DNA of 64,000 bases, taken from the IMG/VR virus record IMGVR_UViG_3300009104_001827, positions 62,001-126,000 of that record. The stretch is one strand, 5' to 3'. Positions 56,001-62,920 of this stretch are shown here, piece by piece (position 1 is the first letter of the stretch; each line of letters opens with the position of its first letter). Under the pieces are notes generated by a model. That model was not told the DNA's origin. It did not search any database and saw only the letters and a program-made list of their open reading frames with translations. The position numbers and the translations under genes were made by a program.

Positions 56001-58500
56001 GGTAAACTCGATAGTCGGGGGATCTAAGAATGAAATCCTGTACTCCGATTACTGCGCAATAGGCACCGGATTCGGAAATGCTATTCAGGATTCCAAATAT
56101 TCAACAATTCTAAATGGCTATAAAAACGCTATTGACGGTGGGGATATAGAGAAAAGGGCGTTCTTGGATTCTACTGGTGAGTTCCGCTGGGGTATTGACG
56201 GACCCGCTTTTGATGACGACATTGAAGGTGGCATAACAGGCGTAAAATGCACTGTAGATGTAAAAGGGCAGTCCGTAGACCCATTCGAGTGGCGGCTTCC
56301 TTTCCACCAGATGGACGGGAGGGCAGGGGAAGAGGAGGTTATAGCGTTTTATCGTTACTTCATGGGAGCAAGGACACAGGACGATTTTATGATCCTTCAC
56401 TTGACGGCAGGAGTAAAGTTTGAGGATAGTAACCCGGCCTGGACTGCCGCCACGGAGTTCCAGCGGAATAATCTGGTAAAACACAATAAAAAAGTGTGGG
56501 TCTGCACCAGAACTAGCACGGGCGATAAGCCGGACGAAAATTCAGATGTCTGGTATGATGTGACCTTTGGAAGAAAATATGACCCCAACGGCGATCCGAG
56601 GGGTTGGGTTTTAGATGGTAGTGGGAATTATTTAGCTAACGGCAAGTTCTACAGAGATATAGTTAAGGGAGCAATGTCTGACGCTAGATTTGCCAGAAAT
56701 GCCAAATGGGCGCTAGACATTGGACTCAATAAGGAGACTTATTATATATACGGTACTGGGGCCGGTAGAGAACGTAAAACTGAATACGAGAGGTTCGACC
56801 TCATCGGCGGAGCTCAATCCGACAGCCCTAATTCGTTTGACTATGATGGTAAAACCTGGACTAAAACCGTAATCCCTGCTCACGGCAATAAGAATAGCGC
56901 ATTCTCTATATTTAATAACCTCCTAAAGATCACTTGGCTCGAGTCAAACCCGGTTAATCGCGGGGGGGTAGCGGGCGGCCAGTCAATCCTGTCTTTCGCC
57001 ATACTTCTTGACGCACACTGCAAGGTCGGGGATAAAAAATTATATGTCAGGGCTGAAAGCAAGCACCTTAATGGTGCGCTCAACGCTGCGGGCGCTCACG
57101 ATAAATTCCGGCCCAGAAGGATATTTGATATTGGGTATTATGAAAATAATAAATTTTATTGGGTTCCTGTCACGACCTCGACCTGGGCTTGGCCGGTGGT
57201 ATATGTCCCCGCTTTCGGCACATCGAAGGCCTATGGAGTGTTTAAGTTAGGCGAAGACGATGAAATACTCTGGGAGCCGGTGGGCGGAGACTCGGAGACC
57301 GTGGCCCAACTTTTTACGGCCGTTTCTTTTGCGGACATCTCTAACTCTCCCAACACTGCCTCGAATGCGTTTAGCTCCAACCTCTCAAGTATGTACGGCG
57401 ATGGCAGCAAAGAACATAATCGCACAATGCACGCCCCCGCCTCCACCGTGGGTGGGGGCAGCACTAATCTTGCTAATATGAAGCCAAACTCAATTGTAAC
57501 CTCCGTGCCAGAGCCAAACGCTGGCACTCATACCGAGTCTTGGCACAACACGATTGTTGGAGGGGATTACAATAAGATAGCCAAATCGCGAAGGTCCACC
57601 ATTGTTGGCGGCAGGGGGGTATCTCTGTTTCAGGTCGAACGAGCCATAGTAGGGGGACTTGGAAATCTTTTGATAGGAACTCCCTCTGGGACTCAGTTGC
57701 CGAAGGGATTTACGGTATTTGGTACAGAAAATACAATCTCGCACGAATCTCCAGACTTCATTCCCCACAAAGACGATCCTACGCAGAGCAATGCCGGAGA
57801 AAGCTACATTACGTCTGCAGGGGGCACTCCCTCCAGGTTCGATGCACTGGCAAACACGGTCTTCGGCTCCTATAATAGAGTTCGAAATTCTGACAGAATG
57901 ACCGTCTTGGGCTCAAATAATGACATACTGTTCGAAGACGGAGGTTTTAAGCAAACCGGAAGCGAAATTACTATATTGGGCACAGATAACAAAATTGAAA
58001 TTGATCAAGAAGTTGACGCCGTAAACCTTGGGATATTTGGTACGAACTTTACGCTAACGCAGCCGGCCATGGTGCAGAACACCTTTTATATAGGGAATCC
58101 TAAAATTGAGGACACCACGGACCTTAAGGCGTTAACTCGGGTTTTTGTGGCTGCGGATGGAGGCATGTTTGTCACCGGCGACGTCATAGCTTACGCCCTG
58201 TCTGATAAAAAATACAAGGAAAATGTCAAGCTAATTGAAAGCCCCTTGGAAAAATTGCTAAAGATAAGGGGCGTCACATTTGATTGGAACAAAGATCAGG
58301 ACGTGTATGAGGGGCATGACATCGGCGTGCTTGCTGATGAAGTCGAAAAAGTGCTGCCTGAGGTCGTTGAAAGCCGCAGGACCGGTAAGGCCGTTCGTTA
58401 TGAAAAATTAACCCCTTTATTAATCGAGGCCGTCAAGGCTCAGCAGGAGATTATAGATTCCCTTACTGCCAGGGTGGAGGCTTTAGAGTCTAAGCGTTAA
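47068..58500 (+). CDS. Giant central tail fibre / J C-terminal part (3810 aa): FN3-like domains, CBM-like modules, beta-roll repeats, S74 chaperone
   Basis: FN3-like PPAPENFKI..FLSWDAP..YFFLEAIDRVGNHS. J-type IGTAMIGDATIKTAHVNDLSADVLTSG. xIxGGxxNxI repeats. C-terminal SDKKYKENVKLIESPLEKLLKIRGVTFDWN..VRYEKLTPLLIEAVK. Confidence 0.85.
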   Translation: MPATSILLKFKVHSLTDTYHAVGTSAQGSFNKELGRGRDLIVGGGVVTEDDLKLGVGIETQISLDGKYGEFTIRVYAENELGLRSKYVEVVKQVLGPSVDGTYSFGDVHVAAGEVVSREFVGSDTYDIGNTTKVNLDFRGASPNLNWSLLAPPGHALEGNQLDSSMVKEDGFFDKFVISFWRPNGSGNYDILDSDDEAKMIDDIFGDILEDMGSGKWQSQTFFLNFPESSSTNFSGLAGGSNKRKLLIKIEAHAIKFNANDQDKISHLEVTLENSKTKLKTNFVETVANDFIFSYEAQDIDLSRVEVLQYRQTGLSTFGLVKTFGGPSDSGVSKVQLGTIKAQQKWSNGRGDSGNDITSLVNVYKYVIAVYDSFGLSSAYAPKVDGGFEEKDSIADALDASNRTFESVVKIGNVTIADVADKFNISWSLVDARGNGISFDNDSNSDFASVVSGVVGYFHRAGDSQGAHPIIDAFKVNDAGDRFASTPASLNISELKQEYGVTLIPNISKDENKRIQEKLYDDSTREASRSIYFTLKLLDSRGEVIDELEVSGTNEQPTIELPAGGLKIHNTSPVGSISFDFEFSENIESVKIYRKPRKVATVTTAAPQANEVRYAQRSHARSTEDSPFGLVPNTPMASKYNDATTPSSYFGYYIPPAGSAADRLAAATTYAEEVIAYDGGQGYFVSEQKLSGPNPTETDPGTSSATIVDKDVPMAQVYGDGWVTDVVTLYDYVIVPYDTFGAGVPHLIRGQEVIAYLVTTKDDKGFVGQMDIIRPPAPENFKIKSSFKTFFLSWDAPRQKKGKIDSYKVTMIRDSRPLKDRNATSIQLGNGNLNYEGTDNTVNRPFIKWVPRAAGGDYAVRDNGSWAAVSSASGEISKVGLVENETDSWLVRTRAAEDGTFTEKEGSLKIVGGQMHMSKAGGDNKFLDANGNPMVTFEEYIVDTTSLAIEGEKNETGYFFLEAIDRVGNHSEFSHNGAPENFEQSRTLGQSEITDIFGFEQEITKKFPGAIVLVPSEPFDVVNEGIEWEEHILYSNGEGTLMKAGAIKMRPAADESGYEFLGPEVEIDVELMVDGGVYEIKTPGDTDFTLLGAPNSTEGTIFVATGPGTGSGKVKIDKYIQSIYWDPAGGYDTVSGTFKSTTNDGGKANERLGGPLEGVDENVEYEKTGYYSFSVFNPASATYNIKDGIDTSDATGYNAVIRSPAAGNYGFQDFIEVATSLNGRPTQQTIDITAFTSHWGTTISDAKDDLVKYNSNNGEVSASSKVVDMIKAGYGIHMPLESRGEGEPKSIGKRNPLVKPREKNVVGSVVVGRINLKPDFGFSVTSSWHAFANAVIGTAMIGDATIKTAHVNDLSADVLTSGEIHGHEIILGERKAIGEPVQFGSISSLDYLPGGINSTGTGFAIHGDGTFSFSSGAGGDPLNPKKATSLSFDGEGLNLRGYLNQPDGTPGSSIRLYGTADQVLIQDFQVPNVDGTAGILSPDGGDITVYGTIKGAFDARGLALGAENVVVKVYPEDLADSKQITRKASYAEFSDPGQGPDVGHAWWWASSDPVATVNDGNNLVAWTAASYSEGDKRGHLGQAWEANSNTNAGDEPGASPKWDNIGELNDGIKIELDFGVNSGDDPQGIGLSNKFLKREHGEIPALADYFSVEVRLKYVNLPSTSSGGIQWAATKSYRSGDYVINDGNIYQAKRSIPSGDHVPTGTSDISIDGKPVWSYIGDGQDGLTIDSDIFIIKQLREASDALSFQLRPNEGTVVKGDSAGYLDFTPWLIYGSTSSYDLTNPQDDNPVWVQDVAKNIRILREVVVKREPDGSISDYDEWSASEGYDPGDVVKSNDRIFTCYDTHPATATNPANNSAYWQEETLTKISKSPMTSSDEKITWESFKLGDGVQVEGNRVYRDSFGIDGSVKFQNILFTMEQHATMAHVDATPNILDTLKFTLLQDGNSAGELSFYAADVNGDRTSDPKYAITRELSSGLRKKMDISEKTYFTCNFIQGADLLPGPSGYLYIEADAGDPIVEGKIFVKKDNGDAFAGGLVEISVDDATDVSRITLRVKLLNPGGGVIAVGTEQIDIISIKPEHKAFRLTLKRDFVEFDGSSHAVSDNLLSVTNMVPLQVFLGAENVVSKFNLNDGIEVVPSFGWVASGEALDNALKDNAGNTGRIMPPNTYGDSTTGLRGAIAAGSLADAVPAGDLTFDPYYIYKDGSDYKFNIIKDSAGSLEAVELSSTTSNFFFYIPDSASGEEAVKKRHGLSLKATYNRHAGGLDGIPETYEDIEEVKVIENVADGVNPFWVTSKNQNMIVSATDTGKMSIPGTSDGEAEVNVYRGNKEVFLAPKKIKIGSNVFTLNAGSAAFEYTGGGVAINAEVDTVELEWEDGIKGAGDENFKKIKNGTPTMVRVSRGGDSFPRNTDNQKRHVVILDNGGDVLQFGDFSVQNTGIMDGSKFSQTDFIAWPSGAADIATRPTNLSSSSYNSLEIESGKSVTGVNEYRLASNFALADGEQLLTATGGKLDIAGIITTVYIYDNKLGIRAETSFERSVGLAKTGAPGPSFAYRGEYSPFRYYRGDDQRIDVVKYTDPTGVLPVKHYKAISASGPAGTVGNTTFPGAKAPPNSTYWDNFNELQSTATDLLLASDVFVKRGIVTGIDREVGTQQQPSFIASQLESRYYNLSSSFDPHAMGGIQKGIDFTNNGTPISNTHPSLESYLADNFSGSTTFAGPDAQGRIWYLDQTDWDYYIKETGINPPAGTNNIDAWARAQFLAGNGDKTYIRIRESVPDSATDGTRSIRSRRSQKTYKTPNDKLPGFFLGFDRIDTAVTNSSASGGADWAADDFYVPKFELRSVFGNYLYWDGNNLNIKGAIINASADDSNFLRLAAADDVLILSGPQNPDTGGQTFVGGGFNNELTPRLDNLGSSIMGGGANKISINETAQKPRFSVIGGGYGNEIHNPFSFIGGGYLNKIGGFVPKGETAAELKSEDGVNSIVGGSKNEILYSDYCAIGTGFGNAIQDSKYSTILNGYKNAIDGGDIEKRAFLDSTGEFRWGIDGPAFDDDIEGGITGVKCTVDVKGQSVDPFEWRLPFHQMDGRAGEEEVIAFYRYFMGARTQDDFMILHLTAGVKFEDSNPAWTAATEFQRNNLVKHNKKVWVCTRTSTGDKPDENSDVWYDVTFGRKYDPNGDPRGWVLDGSGNYLANGKFYRDIVKGAMSDARFARNAKWALDIGLNKETYYIYGTGAGRERKTEYERFDLIGGAQSDSPNSFDYDGKTWTKTVIPAHGNKNSAFSIFNNLLKITWLESNPVNRGGVAGGQSILSFAILLDAHCKVGDKKLYVRAESKHLNGALNAAGAHDKFRPRRIFDIGYYENNKFYWVPVTTSTWAWPVVYVPAFGTSKAYGVFKLGEDDEILWEPVGGDSETVAQLFTAVSFADISNSPNTASNAFSSNLSSMYGDGSKEHNRTMHAPASTVGGGSTNLANMKPNSIVTSVPEPNAGTHTESWHNTIVGGDYNKIAKSRRSTIVGGRGVSLFQVERAIVGGLGNLLIGTPSGTQLPKGFTVFGTENTISHESPDFIPHKDDPTQSNAGESYITSAGGTPSRFDALANTVFGSYNRVRNSDRMTVLGSNNDILFEDGGFKQTGSEITILGTDNKIEIDQEVDAVNLGIFGTNFTLTQPAMVQNTFYIGNPKIEDTTDLKALTRVFVAADGGMFVTGDVIAYALSDKKYKENVKLIESPLEKLLKIRGVTFDWNKDQDVYEGHDIGVLADEVEKVLPEVVESRRTGKAVRYEKLTPLLIEAVKAQQEIIDSLTARVEALESKR

Positions 58501-59296
58501 CCACCTTTAGGAGGGCTCTTGCTTCTGCTGCGGGTACATCGTCCCAGCTAGACCAATTTGAGGCTGCTTCGTTCTTGTACTTGTCATCTCTCCACCACTC
58601 TCTCAGGACCTCCTTGAAGTCAAGGAAGCTATGGCAATTGAGTTTATTTTGAGCGTTGGTTTCTAAAATGGAGGAGGGGGTTAGCGCGGGAGAAGTCTGC
58701 GCCATGGGTTTCCCTTTGCTCTTATTAATTTCGTCGTCCCCGACGATGTGGACATTTAGGAAATTTCTGATGCACCTTACGAACGCTCGATTGCAGGCGA
58801 TTGTTTCGAGGAAAATTTGTCCAAAATCGCTGGTATTGTTGATTGTGGCGTTTGCCATGTCTTGGAATCTTACATGTTCCCCGCCGGTTTCGTAATTTGG
58901 TATAAATGTTATTGTGCAGGTGACTGCGACGTGCTCTTCGCTACATTTTTCCGTATGAAATGAGACGTCTGAGAATCCTCTTAGTCTAGCTAGTTCTTTA
59001 ATTCCGCTAAGCTTAATTAGAAGTTGATGATCTTGGAGGCCCTCTACTGTGCTAGGCATGGCTTGATTTCTTGTTTTAAACCAGTCCCTGTTGGGAAATA
59101 GATGACTGTCTCCTATCATTGCTCTCCAGTCGATAGATCCATCCTCATGAAAAACGTATTGAACGTTCTTGAGCAATCCATGCGAGTCCCTCTGGAACAG
59201 TGACGGTCCGAAGCTATTATCGATAGCTGAGTCGGTTATTGTGGTCGAACCTTCCGTGGTTGTTTCTGAATTAGTTGTTTTCTTTTTTCTTGGCAT
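58490..59296 (-). CDS. Putative Rad52/Sak-like single-strand annealing protein
   Basis: LLIKLSGIKELA...VAVTCTITF...FQDMANAT..ETIACNRAFVRCIRNFLNV.IVGDDEI resembles the A.TRA..RA.R...EE signature of Rad52-superfamily SSAPs. Confidence 0.5.
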   Translation of the reverse strand: MPRKKKTTNSETTTEGSTTITDSAIDNSFGPSLFQRDSHGLLKNVQYVFHEDGSIDWRAMIGDSHLFPNRDWFKTRNQAMPSTVEGLQDHQLLIKLSGIKELARLRGFSDVSFHTEKCSEEHVAVTCTITFIPNYETGGEHVRFQDMANATINNTSDFGQIFLETIACNRAFVRCIRNFLNVHIVGDDEINKSKGKPMAQTSPALTPSSILETNAQNKLNCHSFLDFKEVLREWWRDDKYKNEAASNWSSWDDVPAAEARALLKVVNA

Positions 59297-60455
59297 AATT
59301 ATATATTTTGAAAAACTCTGACTCTCTATAAAACTCTGGGTCGTCTATTATTTTATGCTCGCTTTGCTTTTCTGTCTGCCTGTCGAGTGCCGCCTTGCAT
59401 GGATAAATTTTATCTTTAGAGAATAGGTTTAATGATGATTGATAAAAGCTATTATTGCATATTTTGTCGGGAAAGTCAAGGTCTTTTTTCGTTTCCGGTT
59501 CATTGGGGTATATGTTTTCCCCAAAAAATTTAATGCGGGCCTCAGTTATTGTTTCTTTATTGTTGTGATACAGTATGGTCTTTATTGCTAACCTATCAAT
59601 GTCGGACATATAATCTTGAGTAAAGGTTTCGTCCATATAGAGAAATATTTTTTGAATATTATCCTTATATTTAAATAATAAATTCAAATCTATCATTCTG
59701 TTTATATGTACTACTGTTTTATGTGATGATAGCCAGCCTTCTAGGTACTGCTCTTCGTCTGTATAGTCGGACCTGATGTTAATTGATGATCCTTTTGCGA
59801 ATGGTAGTTTGTCGTGGCTAGCAAAGTCGGGAACTACGTCTATTATTGATAAGTAGAAACTTTCCCCTAAATGAATAGGATTAATTAAATTTAGCTCATT
59901 GGGTATATTTAGGAGGTTGAGCGCCTTCTCTGCCACTTTGTCGGGGAATATTTTATTGATTCTTTTTGGGCTTTCTTCTAGCGAATAAGAAGGCTTTAGG
60001 GATGAGAAGTCTGGAGCAAGAAGCTCCTGCTTGGTTTTGTCTCCCCAGTACGGCCCGCAACATTCTGGCCTGGACGGACCATAAAGGATAACCATGGGAA
60101 CGTCGTATGCTCCCGCAGCATGACACGAGAAAGAGTCGTTTCCGATATGAAGGCTGGAGTTTTTAATAACAAAAAGCGCCTGACGTATTGTTGTTTGTCC
60201 TAGTAGGCTAGTGCTTCCGTCGATATGGGCTTCGCCTTGTTCTCCGATTTGGATAATCTCATATCCGAGATTTTTTATTTTTGGTTGAATGATTTTAATT
60301 ACATCTTTATAATAGTCATAATTTTTTGACCCCATTCCTGAGGAGGCGTGCAGGGTAATATATTTTCTACTTCCAACCGGAAAGTAGGAAGTCTTGATCG
60401 TTGGCTTGGCTATCTTTGAGGCAGCGGCAAGCGCATAATTTTCTACTAGATGCAT
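59271..60455 (-). CDS. GT9 (heptosyltransferase-like) C-terminal half plus unknown domain
   Basis: YITLHASSG..KNY..IIQIG..LLGQTTIRQALFVIKNSSLHIGNDSFSCHAAGAYDVPMVILYGP. Confidence 0.75.
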   Translation of the reverse strand: MHLVENYALAAASKIAKPTIKTSYFPVGSRKYITLHASSGMGSKNYDYYKDVIKIIQPKIKNLGYEIIQIGEQGEAHIDGSTSLLGQTTIRQALFVIKNSSLHIGNDSFSCHAAGAYDVPMVILYGPSRPECCGPYWGDKTKQELLAPDFSSLKPSYSLEESPKRINKIFPDKVAEKALNLLNIPNELNLINPIHLGESFYLSIIDVVPDFASHDKLPFAKGSSINIRSDYTDEEQYLEGWLSSHKTVVHINRMIDLNLLFKYKDNIQKIFLYMDETFTQDYMSDIDRLAIKTILYHNNKETITEARIKFFGENIYPNEPETKKDLDFPDKICNNSFYQSSLNLFSKDKIYPCKAALDRQTEKQSEHKIIDDPEFYRESEFFKIYNYAKKKENN

Positions 60456-62384
60456 AGATTTAGGGAGATTTTATCTTTTCCGTTTCTTGTATAATTTAAG
60501 ATGGTCTGACTCTGGATATGTAAAAGTATCGCTACCTCGAAATAACCTTCGTGGTCTTTCCTGTCTGTCCTTCCGCTATACCCTTCTAGAAACAAGACAT
60601 CCGAACATAGGGGGTTGTATGGTATTGTTTTGTGGATGTAAGGGTTGCCTAATAGTATTTCTTTATATTGCGGTTTTGTAATAAAATATATATTGTATTC
60701 AGGGTAATTGTTTTTAATGTCTGGCAACAGGCTGGAGGCTAGGAATATATCTCCTATGCTCTCCGGCATTACGAGCGCCAGTCTTTTTCCTTTGTCCTCA
60801 TCGTCAAGATAGTCCTCTATATTGTAATTGTTGTCTGATGTAGAGGATAGTTCGTCTATTACGTTTTTTCTTAGAGCTTGATATACTTTATCTCTTGAAA
60901 CTCCTTCTTGGAGCCTGCTTTTAAGGTACTTAAAGACTTCCTCGTCTCTTGTTATCTCTATCTTAAGCATGTTTTTATACATATCAAGTATAAAATCTGT
61001 ATCTGTTATTCCTTCTGGGGGAGTGTAGTTTTTGTCTGGGATGAGGTCACTCATATTGAAGTCCCAGTTTTTGTCGGGCATGGAGTCTATTGCGTCCATT
61101 AATTTGTTGCAGGTATTTTCAAGGGAATAATTCTCTAGCACAAATTTGCGAGCAGACTTTCCCATCCTACAGCGTTTGTCTGAATTCATTTTGAAAACCC
61201 GCGAAAGTTTGCTGGCGATACTTGATGCGTCTGTACTGGCTTTTATAAACTGGGTCCCCGGCTCCCTGTATTCATGCCAAGATAAGGGCATGCCCCCTGA
61301 GTCTTCTGAGGAACAATCTTCACCGCAGCTATAATTTGTAACCAGGGTTATGAGTTCGCAGAGCTTGGCCTCCTGTATCGGCAACTCCTGACCGCCGGAG
61401 GTAAAGGGGTGGCAGTATACGTCCATAATTCCGTATATTTCGTTCAATTGAGACTCTGAGGTTCCTTTATCTACTGCGATAGTGTTCTGGCTTTTTTTAC
61501 TGTGACAGTACGGGCAGTCTTGTTTGTTGCCCTTGCGTTTATCGTGAGAGGGGAACGGCTTAATCTCGTACTGACGACACTGGTTGCATATAAAGGTTGT
61601 TAGTATTTCGTGCATTCCAAGTCCCTTCTCTTGTATGAGTCTAGGGATGTCCCACCCTTCGTGCCAATTTGTGTGAAGGAGTAATTTAGGGGTCGCTTTG
61701 GGGTGTAGATTTTTAAACTTAATGAATCCATCCAAAAGATTTGGGACACTCTTCCTTAGTTGATTTCTAAAGACAAACCCTATGATAAAATCGTCATCAT
61801 TGATTTTGAAGCCATTCCTTAGGCGAGCTCTAGTGTTCGGATCGAGCTTATAAAAATCCCCTCCATCCACAGGTCCATGCAGGGTTTCTACTCCAGGAGC
61901 CCCCCTCTCTATCATTTCCTTGCAGGCAAAGTGTGACCAGCAAAAAAATCGGCCAGTACTATTAGCCGCGTCTATTGCGCTCTGCAGTACCGGAGACGAG
62001 TCTATTGTGGTCCAAAGTATTGTGTTGACTCTCCTCCACCACCGTTTGTCCCAAAATTTGTCAAATGCCCATATGTCTTCTGCCCCCACATAAACATCGG
62101 GACGCTCTTCCTCGATAATTGAGTCGATTGTGAGGTGTCCATATCCGGCTTTGTTTTTATTATTCCCGGAATTTTCGTTGTAGTCTTCGGGAAAGGTTCC
62201 TACGCACTTCCATGGAAAAAGCTCTAGTGCGGGTGAGTTTTTTTTAATTCCATTCGCAACCTCGACAACTTCATATTTGTCCGTATTGTAAAGGTAGGTC
62301 AGTACGTTTCTTGCATTCTTGCCAAACCCCGAAAGCACTCTTGAGCAATTACTGTGAAAGAGTATTTTTTTTTTTTTTAGACAT
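60446..62384 (-). CDS. GT4-like glycosyltransferase with Zn-ribbon insert and C-terminal GT9 N-half; 5' end frameshifted at an A14 tract as given
   Basis: SGFGKNAR, FIIGFVFRNQLRKSVPNLL, LNEIYGIMDVYCHPFTSGGQELPIQEA and two CxxC motifs. ATG 62384 overlaps the upstream TAA but is 46 nt from the in-frame GTG 62338. Confidence 0.8.
62365..62378 (-). repeat. A14 homopolymer (T14 on plus strand) at the 5' end of the glycosyltransferase gene
   Basis: Counted directly. A13 would restore the frame MSKKKKILFHSNCSRVLSGFG. Confidence 0.85.
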
Positions 62385-62920
62385 TAAAACGGGGCTTTAT
62401 CTTCGCTCCGCGCCTCAGTCTTCTCTTCCGCATGTTTCTTAGATTTGTTTTTTGAGGCCGTAAATAATTCATTAAGGTATCGCTTAAAAAGGCATTTGAG
62501 CGTCTCCACTTCGCCGGGCTCCAGGGGGAGTCTAAAAACTTGGTTGCCGTTTCTGGTTAAAACTATCCCGAAGGCGGGAACGGTTAATGATCCGTCTTTA
62601 GTTTTTACTTGCTTGTCCCACGGGGTTAATTTAATGGAGGTAGAATTTTCTTCGAAGGTGTGGTAGGTGCTGTACTCGTATCTACCATTAAATGCTGATA
62701 TAATACCTCCTATTTCCCACTCATTGAATTTAATGTTTATGTTCTTGTTTGTGTCGCCCCTGTTGTTTGAAAAATTGGCTGTTTTCGTCTTGTCGTCCCA
62801 GCTGAATTGTTGTATCGCGCTAACGTAAAGAGCGGGAAGCCCTTTGCTCCCCGGCCCTACGCTAAAATTGAATGCGCAACCCGTATTTTTGCTATTCGGC
62901 TTGTATAGGCTGAGGTTCAT
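62384..62920 (-). CDS. Whirly-like single-stranded DNA-binding protein
   Basis: LYK...SWD...IKFNEWEIGGIISA...STYH...FRLPLEPGEVETL parallels the plant Whirly pattern (YK..YDW..SLSVTEIGSII..FFH..IPVTKAEF). Ends in SSB-like EDKAPF. Confidence 0.55.
   Translation of the reverse strand: MNLSLYKPNSKNTGCAFNFSVGPGSKGLPALYVSAIQQFSWDDKTKTANFSNNRGDTNKNINIKFNEWEIGGIISAFNGRYEYSTYHTFEENSTSIKLTPWDKQVKTKDGSLTVPAFGIVLTRNGNQVFRLPLEPGEVETLKCLFKRYLNELFTASKNKSKKHAEEKTEARSEDKAPF

Noticed and set aside
5670-58500. Intrinsic terminators at the convergent junctions (5670/5680, 19656/19663, 58490/58500)
   Set aside because: Gaps are under 10 bp or overlapping, and no convincing GC hairpin plus U-tract was seen.
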